Shown here one piece after another: positions 9,304 to 19,187 of a stretch of 64,000 nucleotides of DNA. How positions within the stretch are numbered: position 1 is the stretch's first letter; the number at the start of each line of letters is the position of its first letter. The translations under genes were made by a program, and so were the position numbers. This stretch comes from Anaerolineae bacterium (GTDB lineage Bacteria; Chloroflexota; Anaerolineae; UBA1429), in assembly GCA_963675785.1 (NCBI GenBank), contig OY776562.1, positions 896,001-960,000 on the forward strand. Reading direction: 5' to 3'. Below the pieces are notes generated by a model, which was given only the letters and a program-made list of their open reading frames with translations, ran no database searches and was not told the DNA's origin.

Positions 9304-10437
9304 ATGAAAGAAATGCCGTGGACCAAGATGCGCAACTATAGATGGCTGATGTCGTGTATGCTGGTGGCCGTCACTTTGTTGGTGATAGCTCCAGCTGTAC
9401 ATGCTGATAGCGAAACTGCCTTCAAGGCCGTCGTTGAGCAGATTCTGGACGAGCGCGAGAGCAACTCAAGCGGTGTGCCGCAGGTCTATCAGCAGTTGCG
9501 TATCCGGGCGCTTTCTGGCGAGCTCAAGGGCACAGCCCTGACTGTAGAGCAGACCTATTATCAAAATGGCCCGCAGAGTGCATATGAAGTTGGTGACCGC
9601 ATATGGGTAACGGTGCAAGAGGGGATAAGCGGGCAACCGGTCTATCTCATCTCGGGTCCAGAGCGGTCATCGACGCTGTATCTGGTTGCTCTGGTGTTTG
9701 TGGCCCTGGTAGTTTTTGTGGCTCAAGGACGCGGCATTCAATCTCTTTTGGGGCTGGCGATTTCTTTTGCGGTAGTGCTTCTCTATGTGATGCCCAAACT
9801 GAGCGAGGGAGCTAGCCCGATTGGCACAGCGCTAGTGGGTGGGCTCTTGTCTATGCCCATTAACTATTACCTCTCTCACGGGTTCAACCGCAAAACAACG
9901 ATTGCCCTGATGGGGTCGCTATTGGGCTTGGGGCTTACGGCCGTTCTGGCAGAAAACCTCATCTCTGCGACACACTTGACGGGGTTGGCCAGCGATGAAG
10001 CGGGCTTTTTGCTCACCTCCAGTCCGGGCTCATATGACCTGGTGGGCATTCTACTGGCCGGTGTGCTTGTGAGCATGATCGGCGTGTTGGATGACGTGAC
10101 TGTGGCACAATCGGCTGTGGTGGAACAGTTGGCCTCTACTGCTTCCAACGAAACGTGGCGTTCGCTTTACTGGCGGGCCATGTCGGTGGGTAAAGATCAC
10201 ATCACCTCTATGGTGAACACGCTGATGCTGGTGTATGCTGGCGCTTCGCTACCACTGTTGCTGTTGATCAGCGATCAGGCACTGCCGTTGGGTTATGTGC
10301 TCAGCCAAGAGATCGTCGCCGAAGAGGTGATGCGTATGTTGGTGAGCAGTATTGGCGTGATTGCTGTGGTGCCGGTTACGACGGTGATTGCTGCGCTGTT
10401 CTTTGGGCGACAAAACGAACGCCTCGAAGAGGAATAA
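9304..10437 (+). CDS. YibE/F-family membrane protein
   Basis: Signal-like N-terminus and many transmembrane segments. Motifs IGVLDDVTVAQ, VGKDHITSMVNTLMLVYAG and SIGVIAVVPVTT. Start position uncertain. Confidence 0.85.
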   Translation: MKEMPWTKMRNYRWLMSCMLVAVTLLVIAPAVHADSETAFKAVVEQILDERESNSSGVPQVYQQLRIRALSGELKGTALTVEQTYYQNGPQSAYEVGDRIWVTVQEGISGQPVYLISGPERSSTLYLVALVFVALVVFVAQGRGIQSLLGLAISFAVVLLYVMPKLSEGASPIGTALVGGLLSMPINYYLSHGFNRKTTIALMGSLLGLGLTAVLAENLISATHLTGLASDEAGFLLTSSPGSYDLVGILLAGVLVSMIGVLDDVTVAQSAVVEQLASTASNETWRSLYWRAMSVGKDHITSMVNTLMLVYAGASLPLLLLISDQALPLGYVLSQEIVAEEVMRMLVSSIGVIAVVPVTTVIAALFFGRQNERLEEE

Positions 10438-10447
10438 AGAGGATTAC

Positions 10448-10479
10448 AAAGGGCCAGCCTGCGGGCTGGCCCTTTTTTT
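10448..10479. terminator. Bidirectional terminator
   Basis: aaagggccagcc/ggctggcccttttttt lies between convergent genes. Confidence 0.85.
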
Positions 10480-10487
10480 GATGATAT

Positions 10488-13421
10488 CTACAGCACAGGC
10501 ACGATTTCTATGCCCAGACCGAGCTCTTGATCCGCCTTTTCGATGGCCTCTCGCGGGCCGACGATGACGGTGTGGGCGTTCTGAATAGCTTGTTTGAGCG
10601 CGCGGCCCATGGCCTGAAAATCGCTCTTGCTAGTGGCCAAAACCTGGTTGCGGCGGGCCTGTCGTGCCTCTAGCGTATCCCCACTCAGATGGCGGATAAG
10701 CGACGTATAGCCGCGCGCATCGGGCAGCATGTAGTGATCAATGCCGCCGATGGCCCCGATGATGTTTTTCACTAATTCTTGCTCATCTATCTCGGTATTG
10801 ATCAAATAGTCAGCTGTTCGGTCATATACATCCAGGGTGCGCACAATATTGGGATCACGGTAGGAAAGCTGTGTCACAGCCCCGGAATATCTATCAAAGA
10901 GGAAAAACGCGCCGTATGCGCCGCCCTGAACGCGGACTTGATCCCATAGCCAGGTGCTTCGCAAATAGTTCGAGATGACCGCCGAAGCGCCACTGTAGGT
11001 ATAGCCGGAATCATAGATGTTGACTGCGCGCCCCACATAGTTGACTGTACTGGGAACGGTGAGTCCTTCATTCGTGGAATCTATGCTGGAGACCCAATCA
11101 AGCAGAGGAGCATCTACCAAGGGCATCTGATCAATGGTCTTTTCGACCAGGGGACGAATGATCTGCCAGTTGTCCGAATCCAGCGTCACGTTGCAAAACA
11201 TGCGGTTGCCATTGATGACGAGCCGTCGGATGGTCTCCAGCCGTTCGAGTACGGTGGGCCAGGCATCTACCACTTCTTGAGCCAACTTGCGAATCACAAA
11301 CAAGTTGCTGAGCCCTGAGGTCTGTTCAGCGATCCAGCCAGCCTGGTTATAATTGGCTCGCAGGCGTGTGTTAACCAGAGCATGCCCTGCAGGGATGGCA
11401 CCGGCTTCCTGATCGGCCTTTTCTTCCATTACCATCTGGCGAAAGCGCTCGCGATTGTCGAGTTTCACCCTGGTAAGCACATCGCGCATGATGTCCAGCA
11501 TGTCTGCAGTTTGCTCAACCGTGGCCTTGCCGCGCAGTACGAACCATGTTTCACAGGTATCACGGCCTTCTACCGGCGTTACCAACATACTCTCATCAAT
11601 GCCACCGGTTTTGCGGCCAATGCGCTGGGTCAGCTCGACATAATCTTCATCTTCTGTACCCATTTCCAACAAGGCCTGACCAAAGAGCGGCACATAGGGC
11701 AGCAGTTCCTGGGGGAGCGCCCGCAAGTCAAAGCCTAAATCCAGGTAGACGATGCCGTTGGTGAACAAGTCGTGATGGAGAACCCTGGCCTGTCTGTGGG
11801 TGTAAACCTCGATAGGGATATCGTCCGTCTCTTTTTTCAGATCATCAATGGAGAGAGAGGGGATGGTGGCCAGATTTTCGGGCGCATCGGGCGCCTGCTG
11901 CCTCTTTTCGAGTATGGCCGTCTCTTGGATAATACGCTGCAATTCTTGAGGCGATAGAGAGGCTTTGACATCAGCCAGTTCTTGCTGATAGCGTGCTTCG
12001 GTTTTTGCTGCCAGTTCGGTATCTGGGCGCATGATGAGCGAGACCCGATGCGGGTTGTCGAGCATGTAGCGCTGAATACGTTTTTCAAAAAAACGCCCGT
12101 CGGCGGCGATGGCCTGTTTGAGGGCGCCGAGCGGTGCCTCAAAGGCGATAGTCGCTAAAGGGTTCTCGTTATAGAGCCAACTGCGCAATGAGCGCAGCAG
12201 CAGGGCCAGGCCACGCGGAAAACGCCCGGTATTGTTCTCGCGATAGGTGAATTCGGCTGTATTGACGGCAGCTTCGAGCATACCCGGGGCAATGCCCTGG
12301 GTCACAATGTCCTGGATGGACTGGATGACCAATTCTTGAATGGCGTCAAGATTTTCGATCTGTACGCCCTTTAATCCTGTGGAGAAATACATCTGCCGCA
12401 GATCGGTCTCAAGCCCAACGCCAGCCAAGTCTTCGCCCAGGTCGGAATCGATAAGCGCTTTGCGCAGCGGAGAGGCCGGGGTGCCCAAGAGGATGTAACC
12501 GAGGATGACCAGCGCGATGCGCTCCATGGGCTCTGTCACCTCGGGCAGGAGCCAGCTGACAATGGCCATACCCTTTTCGGCATCGGCGCTGCCCGGCGTA
12601 ACCGGATAGACGGTCTCTTCATAGGTGGGTTCAGTGAACAGGGGCTGTAGCGGTATCGCCGAATCGACATCGAGCTTGTCAAAGCCCTCGAGATAGGCGT
12701 CTACCTTGATCAGGCGCTGCTCTGGGTCATCGTCGCCATAAAAATAGATAAAGCTGTTTGAGGGATGGTAAAAGCGCCAGTGAAAGTCGATGAACTGCTC
12801 ATAACTGAGTTCGGGAATATGATCTGGGTGTCCACCTGATTCGACGCCATAGGGCGTATCTGGGAATAGGAGATGCTGGCATTCACGCGTCAGGATGGTA
12901 TCTGGCGAGGAGAAGGCACCCTTCATCTCGTTATAGACCACGCCCTTGATGGAGAGCGGATCAGCGGCGTCCTTGAGCTCATAGTGCCAACCTTCCTGCT
13001 GCCATGTTTCTTTGGAGATCAGCGGATGCAGGACGGCGTCCATATAGACGTCGATGAGATTGTAGAAATCCTGTGTGTTGGTGCTAGCAACGGGGTAGCA
13101 GGTCTTGTCAGGATAGGTAAAGGCGTTCAAGAAAGTGTTCAGCGACCCCTTGGCCAGTTCGATAAAGGGTTCTTTGACCGGATATTTGCTTGAACCGCAT
13201 AGCACAGAATGTTCCATGATATGGGCGACGCCGGTCGAATCTTGCGGAGGGGTGCGGAAGGTGATGGTGAACACCTTGTTCTCGTCAGCGTTTTCCAGCG
13301 ACAAGAGTTCAGCTCCGGTCCTGATGTGGCGCCAAAGCCGGGCACGAGTTTTCAACTCTTCGATCTGCTCGTCTCGTACGAGTTCGAATCCGTGTAACGT
13401 GGTCATTTGATCTCCGTTCAT
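10488..13421 (-). CDS. M16C insulinase-family metalloprotease (presequence protease-like)
   Basis: Motifs GVAHIMEHSVLCGS (inverted HxxEH), TFLNAFTYPDKT, GVVYNEMKG, VRVQGGAYG and SYRDP. 977 aa. Confidence 0.95.
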   Translation of the reverse strand: MNGDQMTTLHGFELVRDEQIEELKTRARLWRHIRTGAELLSLENADENKVFTITFRTPPQDSTGVAHIMEHSVLCGSSKYPVKEPFIELAKGSLNTFLNAFTYPDKTCYPVASTNTQDFYNLIDVYMDAVLHPLISKETWQQEGWHYELKDAADPLSIKGVVYNEMKGAFSSPDTILTRECQHLLFPDTPYGVESGGHPDHIPELSYEQFIDFHWRFYHPSNSFIYFYGDDDPEQRLIKVDAYLEGFDKLDVDSAIPLQPLFTEPTYEETVYPVTPGSADAEKGMAIVSWLLPEVTEPMERIALVILGYILLGTPASPLRKALIDSDLGEDLAGVGLETDLRQMYFSTGLKGVQIENLDAIQELVIQSIQDIVTQGIAPGMLEAAVNTAEFTYRENNTGRFPRGLALLLRSLRSWLYNENPLATIAFEAPLGALKQAIAADGRFFEKRIQRYMLDNPHRVSLIMRPDTELAAKTEARYQQELADVKASLSPQELQRIIQETAILEKRQQAPDAPENLATIPSLSIDDLKKETDDIPIEVYTHRQARVLHHDLFTNGIVYLDLGFDLRALPQELLPYVPLFGQALLEMGTEDEDYVELTQRIGRKTGGIDESMLVTPVEGRDTCETWFVLRGKATVEQTADMLDIMRDVLTRVKLDNRERFRQMVMEEKADQEAGAIPAGHALVNTRLRANYNQAGWIAEQTSGLSNLFVIRKLAQEVVDAWPTVLERLETIRRLVINGNRMFCNVTLDSDNWQIIRPLVEKTIDQMPLVDAPLLDWVSSIDSTNEGLTVPSTVNYVGRAVNIYDSGYTYSGASAVISNYLRSTWLWDQVRVQGGAYGAFFLFDRYSGAVTQLSYRDPNIVRTLDVYDRTADYLINTEIDEQELVKNIIGAIGGIDHYMLPDARGYTSLIRHLSGDTLEARQARRNQVLATSKSDFQAMGRALKQAIQNAHTVIVGPREAIEKADQELGLGIEIVPVL

Positions 13422-13424
13422 GGG

Positions 13425-15290
13425 TTAGCGCACAATGACTCGGTAGCCGGTGCGGAAATAGAAATGAGGAGCTAGCGGCGCCTGCAGCAGGCAGCGCACA
13501 AAGCCCTCTTTATCGTAGGTGGGCGTCAGGCTCATGGAAATGGGTTCGCCCATATCGATGGTTAGAACGGCCTTGCCACGCCGCTCGATGGTGAGATAGC
13601 GGGTAACAATGCCGAGCAACCGCTCGCTCATGCTTTCTGCACGGCAGCGTCCGTAATCCATCACCAGTTCGTCGGTGGCACGCAGCAGCAAGGGGATGCA
13701 TTCCAATAACATGCGTCCGTCAGACGAAGCCTGGCCCTGAATCTGTACGTCGATGCCATCTGGCCGTACGATATAGGCTTTGCCAACCCCCAATTCGCTA
13801 TAATGCAGCCACATCTCGATGCCGCCGCGGCCTTCTCTGGTTTCGGCGTTGGCCAAAGCCTTGCCCGTACCCAGCTCACTGTTCATCAAGCGCGTTTCCC
13901 AGGCCGGGCCCTCGCCGTTGTGGGCCAAGATGATTGTGCCAGCGTCGGGGGTCCACAAATGAGCCGGACCGTACTGAGCTGCGGTGCGCTTTTGGCCAAA
14001 GGCAAAGGCTGTGGTGTAACGGGCACCGTTGTAAAAGACGTATTGATTGCCGCGATCATCGTCGAATAGCTCTGCCTGTCCGTTGGGATTGTTGCAGGGC
14101 AGTGAGGCTCGAGCTCGAGCCAATTCGTCGGTGGTTGGAGCATAGATCGGACAAGCCGATTCAGTGGATACGGGCGGATAGCCCAGCGAGCGGGTATCTT
14201 CCAGCACCTGAGCAAGGGCCTGCTGTGGGTTGGCCGCGATGGCGTTCTGGTATGATTCGATCTTTTCTTGGCTGAGGAGCATGAGCCGCAGCGGATCGGC
14301 CAGGTGCCCCGCTGCCTCGACTAGAGAGGATGCGCCTTTTTGAGCCGCCTGTTGTGAGCCCAGAAAAGAACGCGCATGGCCTACGCCAAGGCGTCCAGGA
14401 TCGACCAGATAGGCGCCCTTGCTGGCGGTACGCGTCTGGTGGGAGGCCGAAAGGAGAATGTGGTCGCTGTCGGGCTCGGTCAGCATCCAGCGGCTCATCC
14501 ATTCACAGTGTCGGGTAAAGGCTTCGAGCACGCGCTTGTCGGGCCACTCTTCATAGAGCGGCGCCAGCCGCTTGAGCGAGACAAAGAAATAGGAAAAGGT
14601 CTCGGGGCCATCGGCCTCGTATAAAAAGCCCATGGGCGAGATGAAATCCTGCACCAGGGCATCACCTGCCGCTGTCACCATGTCCATCAGCTCGTCATCA
14701 TCGGTCAAGCGTGCCAAGCGAGCACCACCGGCCATGGCCCCCAGAAACTGGTTGGTGTACGAACGGGCGTGTTCCCAGGATTCATCCGAGGTGAGCACAT
14801 AGACCGCTGCTTTGCGAGCATATTCACAGAGCCGACTCTTGAGTGGTTCTGGCAGCACAGGGCCCGCTGCCTCCAGCGCGGCGCTCATATACTCCATGCC
14901 AAAACTGCTGGGAGCCAGCATGGGTGTATCGAGTTCGGCCGGGGCGTATTCGGGGATGGCGCCGTTTTCAGCCATACGGGCAAAGGTGTATTCCAGCGTC
15001 AGTTCGAGGCGCTTGAGCACCTCCGCATTGCGATAGTAGGGATTCCAGGGGGCGTTGTACCCGTAAAAAAAGGCCAGCGAGAAATAGTTTTCCATGACGC
15101 GGCAGTTAAAGGGGGCATACGAATAATGCCGCCACAATGCTTCTTTGAACCAACCCTGCAGGGGGCCGGGCTCTACCTCAACTGCGTTGGCCATTCTGGC
15201 AAAGTTGGCCAGGTGAAACAAGAGATCATATTCCTCGGGATTCCACTGGTTTATATCGATGTGCGAGACGGGAGTAATGGCAGCTGACAT
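13425..15290 (-). CDS. Hypothetical protein, probable alpha-helical toroid plus beta-sandwich (lyase/hydrolase-like)
   Basis: 621-aa ORF with a GGAGG ribosome-binding site. The N-half is aromatic-rich and helical-looking, the C-half beta-rich. No family motif recognised. Confidence 0.55.
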   Translation of the reverse strand: MSAAITPVSHIDINQWNPEEYDLLFHLANFARMANAVEVEPGPLQGWFKEALWRHYSYAPFNCRVMENYFSLAFFYGYNAPWNPYYRNAEVLKRLELTLEYTFARMAENGAIPEYAPAELDTPMLAPSSFGMEYMSAALEAAGPVLPEPLKSRLCEYARKAAVYVLTSDESWEHARSYTNQFLGAMAGGARLARLTDDDELMDMVTAAGDALVQDFISPMGFLYEADGPETFSYFFVSLKRLAPLYEEWPDKRVLEAFTRHCEWMSRWMLTEPDSDHILLSASHQTRTASKGAYLVDPGRLGVGHARSFLGSQQAAQKGASSLVEAAGHLADPLRLMLLSQEKIESYQNAIAANPQQALAQVLEDTRSLGYPPVSTESACPIYAPTTDELARARASLPCNNPNGQAELFDDDRGNQYVFYNGARYTTAFAFGQKRTAAQYGPAHLWTPDAGTIILAHNGEGPAWETRLMNSELGTGKALANAETREGRGGIEMWLHYSELGVGKAYIVRPDGIDVQIQGQASSDGRMLLECIPLLLRATDELVMDYGRCRAESMSERLLGIVTRYLTIERRGKAVLTIDMGEPISMSLTPTYDKEGFVRCLLQAPLAPHFYFRTGYRVIVR

Positions 15291-15454
15291 GGTCTATCCT
15301 CCGCGAGTAGGGGCCGATAGGGCAATATATCATCGCATTATACTATTTCTTGCTTGGGATGCCATCTCTTTTGCATCTCGTGTGGGCAGGGGGTTGTCAG
15401 GCACTCGGCAATGAAGCATAATGGACACGTCGACATACAAGGCGGGCGGGCAAC

Positions 15455-16018
15455 ATGAGCGATTCCGGAATGTCGTTGGCTATGCGCGAACAAGCGCGCG
15501 AAGATTGGCTACGCCTAATCAGCGAGTTCAGGGGCGAGAGTGATCGGGCAGCAGCCCTGGTTGGTGCTGCGCTGCTGGATGACAATCTTGAACGACTGCT
15601 CAAGCTTTATTTGGTGGATGACGACTTTCAGGTGGAGCGCATGTTGGGATCGGGATTGCGCACTTTGGGCGCGCGCATTCGTGCCTGTTATTGCCTGGGG
15701 CTCATCAGCCGGGACGAACGCGCCGATATGGCCTGTATTCAAGCCATTCGCAATTACTTTGCGCACAATCTTCATGTCTCGTTTGAGGACGAAGGTGTAA
15801 ATGATAGTTGCCGCCGCTTGAAGATGATTACACCGCTACTGCATGGGCGAGAGGTGAGCAAGCGCGTTCGTTTTGAGCGAACGGTTTGTATGCTCTCGAT
15901 GTTGATTGTGCAGCGGCAAGAGATTGCGGCTCAATCGCGGCTGCAGGTTCGCCCAAACCTTGCGCCAGAGCTGCTCTCGATGCAGTGCCCATTGTGGGAT
16001 GATAATGATATTGTCTAG
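15455..16018 (+). CDS. MltR/MtlR-like (HEPN-fold) protein
   Basis: Motifs ESDRAAALVGAALLD, TLGARI..CYCLGLIS and IRNYFAH. Confidence 0.7.
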   Translation: MSDSGMSLAMREQAREDWLRLISEFRGESDRAAALVGAALLDDNLERLLKLYLVDDDFQVERMLGSGLRTLGARIRACYCLGLISRDERADMACIQAIRNYFAHNLHVSFEDEGVNDSCRRLKMITPLLHGREVSKRVRFERTVCMLSMLIVQRQEIAAQSRLQVRPNLAPELLSMQCPLWDDNDIV

Positions 16019-16030
16019 CCGGAGGTTGAG

Positions 16031-16945
16031 TTGAGCACCCTTGATCAAGGTCTGCCGATCGTCATTTTGATTCTGGTCGGCGTTTTTATCCGTGTTGCTG
16101 GTATTGTTGGCAGAGATGAACGTCTTGCGATTACCCGGTTGGTGCTTTATATCACCGTCCCCGCGGCGTTGTTTAATTCTTTGGCTCATTCCGACCTTAC
16201 ATCGAATATGGCCGGACTCTCGATAATAGGTTTTGTGCTACCGTGGGTTCTGGCAGGGGTCATGTATCTGGTTACGCCCGATCTAAAGGAGCGCCCCGAG
16301 CAGCGCGGTGTGATGCTTACCGGCATGGTGGTGCTGGGGGTGTTTGCTTATCCATTCTTTGAGGCCTTTTGGGGATCCGAGGGGTTGACTCATATCGGGA
16401 TGTACGACGTTGGCAATGCCCTCTTTGCGGGGTCGGGGGCTGTGTTGTTCTCTGGGGCCTGCGGTGCACGGCGTCAAAAGGGTATCACCTGGGAGAGCGT
16501 CAAGCGCATGATAACCTCTCCCGTGCTGTTGGGGGCGATGGCAGGGCTGGCCGTATCCTTGTTGAACATCCAACTTCCTTTGATTATCTCTACCAGTATC
16601 GATAAACTGGCGGCAGCCAACACTCCCATGGCCATGATTGGGGTGGGCCTCTTTTTGGAGCCCAAGGCAGCGCATTGGAGCCTCATTGGGCGTTATGCTG
16701 CGGTGCGCATGTTGCTGGGTGGCCTGCTCGGGTGGGCGGGCGCCCTCTTGTTGGGCCTGACCGGCCTGGAAATCGTCACGGCGGTCATCGCTTCGTCGCT
16801 GCCAGCGGGAACAATAGCCCTGGTGTATGCCGGTAAAGAGGGCATGGATACAGAATTCGCCGCCTCGATGATCTCGATGACCATTCTGATCGGCATCGTT
16901 GCCATCAATGTGTTGCCGCTCATTTTAGGGCCCATCTATCTCTAG
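16031..16945 (+). CDS. AEC (auxin efflux carrier) family transporter
   Basis: About 10 hydrophobic segments. Motifs LVLYITVPAALF, NTPMAMIGVG and LPAGT...AASMIS. Confidence 0.85.
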   Translation: MSTLDQGLPIVILILVGVFIRVAGIVGRDERLAITRLVLYITVPAALFNSLAHSDLTSNMAGLSIIGFVLPWVLAGVMYLVTPDLKERPEQRGVMLTGMVVLGVFAYPFFEAFWGSEGLTHIGMYDVGNALFAGSGAVLFSGACGARRQKGITWESVKRMITSPVLLGAMAGLAVSLLNIQLPLIISTSIDKLAAANTPMAMIGVGLFLEPKAAHWSLIGRYAAVRMLLGGLLGWAGALLLGLTGLEIVTAVIASSLPAGTIALVYAGKEGMDTEFAASMISMTILIGIVAINVLPLILGPIYL

Positions 16946-16966
16946 CAAAGCAAAGGTGTATTCACC

Positions 16967-18103
16967 GTGTTCAAAAGGGGCACGATCAGATTAGGTAAAA
17001 TTCAGGGTGTACCGGTCACGGTGCACTATTCGTGGCTATTTGTCATCATTCTGTTTATCTGGACATTTGGCGCCAATTTGTTCCCTGGTCTCTTTCCGGA
17101 ATGGTCCGAGTCGCTAACCTGGGGCATGTCGGTGGTGGTGACAGTGTTGTTTGTGGGCTCTGTATTCGTCCATGAATTGGCCCACACATTGGTCGCCTCG
17201 CGCAAGGGCCTTGTCGTTAAAGAAATTACCCTTTATCTCTTTGGGGGGCTTTCTCAACTCGAACAAGAGCCGAAAAAGCCAGGCGATGATTTCTGGGTGG
17301 CTTTTGCAGGGCCGGCGGCCAGTCTCATTCTGGGCGGCGTGTTTATGCTACTGGGCTTTTTGCTACCCTGGGAGCCGTTGGCTGCTGCGTTGGGTATTGC
17401 GGCAAGCCTTTCGCTAACCTTGGGGGCGTTTAATCTGTTGCCGGGCTTTCCACTGGATGGTGGACGTGTTTTGCGTGCCGCTATTTGGGCTGCAAAAGGC
17501 GACCGCGAGTTGGCAACACGCTGGGCGTCGCGTGTGGGCGAGTTTATCGCCATGGGCATGATGCTTTTAGGTATTGTGTTCATTGTTACGGGCCAATGGA
17601 TAGACGGCTTTTGGCTGATGGGGCTATCAGCAATCCTTAGTCGATCGTCTCGAACGGCGCGGGCACGCTCGTCGCTCGAGACCCTGCTCGAAGGCCACTC
17701 GGTACTCGAAGTAATGGAAGATGGCGGCGTTGCTGTGCCGCCTCAGCTCACCCTCGACGTGCTCATTGAGCAGTATATGTATCAAGGCAGCCCAGAATTT
17801 GCTGTCGGCCGAATCGATGAAGTTATCGGTTCGATCAATGTCAACCAGATACAGCAGGTGCCTCATGCAACATGGAAGACGTCGCGCGTTAAGGACGTTA
17901 TGACGGAGTTGGGTGGCGGCACCATCATTGCGCCGGAGACGTCGTTATGGCAAGCCCTGCAATATCTGGCTCAAAATAACCTTTCCGGATTGCCCGTCAT
18001 TCAAGAAACGCGGTTGGTGGGCACGCTCGATCGGGAACGCTTATTGCGGATGCTCAATCGGTTGCAAATTACGCGAGAATTCCCCTCCATGGAGAATGAA
18101 TAG
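16967..18103 (+). CDS. M50 site-2 protease with tandem CBS domains
   Basis: Motifs HELAH, VAFAGP and FNLLPGFPLDGGR, followed by a C-terminal CBS-like pair. Confidence 0.92.
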   Translation: MFKRGTIRLGKIQGVPVTVHYSWLFVIILFIWTFGANLFPGLFPEWSESLTWGMSVVVTVLFVGSVFVHELAHTLVASRKGLVVKEITLYLFGGLSQLEQEPKKPGDDFWVAFAGPAASLILGGVFMLLGFLLPWEPLAAALGIAASLSLTLGAFNLLPGFPLDGGRVLRAAIWAAKGDRELATRWASRVGEFIAMGMMLLGIVFIVTGQWIDGFWLMGLSAILSRSSRTARARSSLETLLEGHSVLEVMEDGGVAVPPQLTLDVLIEQYMYQGSPEFAVGRIDEVIGSINVNQIQQVPHATWKTSRVKDVMTELGGGTIIAPETSLWQALQYLAQNNLSGLPVIQETRLVGTLDRERLLRMLNRLQITREFPSMENE

Positions 18104-18216
18104 GCGCGTCACTAGCCCGCAGGGCTAGCGGGATAAGTAGGCCATGATTTTGTAGAGTCGCTGGAGGGATCACAAAGCACTAGATTTATATTCAGCTGCA
18201 GGCGAGAGGAGGTTGT

Positions 18217-18705
18217 ATGAGCGGTGCGTTCGAGTTCAATGACCCTCTGTTTGATGTGCCCGCGTCGGCTCTGGAAGCGGACCCGGAAGCACAGATCCGC
18301 GAGCTGCTCTATCGTGTCAGCCAGCTAGAGGCGACATTAGCCGAGGAGCGGATGCAGAATGAGCAGGATATCAAAGAGTTGTTGCTCACGCATATCGCTG
18401 TGGCGGATGACGTGCGTGCGCTGCTGGAGCGTGTCGGCGTGCCGACAACAGCCTCTGAGGCCTTCCTTTCGCGCAACCTGAGTGCTCTTGGTTCCAAGGC
18501 GGCTGCTATTCTCAAGCGTTTTGGCGTAGAGCCGATCCACCTAACCGGGCAGCCTGCTGACCCCGATCTGTGTGATGTTGTGGGGGAGCGGGTTTCTGAC
18601 TTTCCGGCTGGTATGGTGTTGCGAGAGGACATGGCGGGGTATCGTTGGAGGCGCGGCGTTCTGCGCAAGGGCCATGTTACTGTATCGCGGGGGAGGGATG
18701 GTTGA
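18217..18705 (+). CDS. GrpE-like protein (divergent)
   Basis: Coiled-coil N-half, then LKRFGVEPI..TGQPADP, VLREDMAGY and GVLRKGHVTV, matching the GrpE beta domain. GAGGAGG ribosome-binding site. Confidence 0.7.
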   Translation: MSGAFEFNDPLFDVPASALEADPEAQIRELLYRVSQLEATLAEERMQNEQDIKELLLTHIAVADDVRALLERVGVPTTASEAFLSRNLSALGSKAAAILKRFGVEPIHLTGQPADPDLCDVVGERVSDFPAGMVLREDMAGYRWRRGVLRKGHVTVSRGRDG

Positions 18706-19157
18706 TGGCCGGTCCCGTGATTCAGATCAAGTGTCCCTATTGCTCTAGCCTGTTACCTGCGGGCGAGACCATTTGCCCTGCTTGTCAGGAGGATCTGTCT
18801 GCCTTGGTCAAGCTGGCTTATGAGCATGTCATTCTTTATAATGAGGGCCTGGTATTTGCGCGTCAGGGCCGATTGACTGCGGCTCGCGACAGTTTGTTAC
18901 AAGCCATGGCGCTGATGCCCAGTTTCGCGCCGGCTCATATCGTGTTAGCCAAGGTATATGTTCATTTGGGGGATTGGCCTTCTGCGCTAGAGATGGCCGA
19001 GCGAGCCTATGCGCTGGCGCCGGGGGCGGATACGAACGGGTTACGCCAGGCTATTGCGGCCCATATCTTGACGCCCAGCGTTAGAACTGAACCGGTACAA
19101 GAGACAGAGCATCACGACGCTCAGTGGTGGAAGCGCAAACTTAGAGGTGAAGTGTAA
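18705..19157 (+). CDS. Zinc-ribbon + TPR protein
   Basis: CPYC...CPAC, then TPR-like YNEGL..ARQG, AHIVLAKVY and AERAYALAP. TGATG overlap with the GrpE-like gene. Confidence 0.75.
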   Translation: MAGPVIQIKCPYCSSLLPAGETICPACQEDLSALVKLAYEHVILYNEGLVFARQGRLTAARDSLLQAMALMPSFAPAHIVLAKVYVHLGDWPSALEMAERAYALAPGADTNGLRQAIAAHILTPSVRTEPVQETEHHDAQWWKRKLRGEV

Positions 19158-19184
19158 CGAGGGAGCCGTTAAGGCTCCCTCGTT
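19156..19184. terminator. Bidirectional terminator
   Basis: aacgagggagcc/ggctccctcgtt lies between convergent operons. Confidence 0.8.
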
Positions 19185-19187
19185 TTA

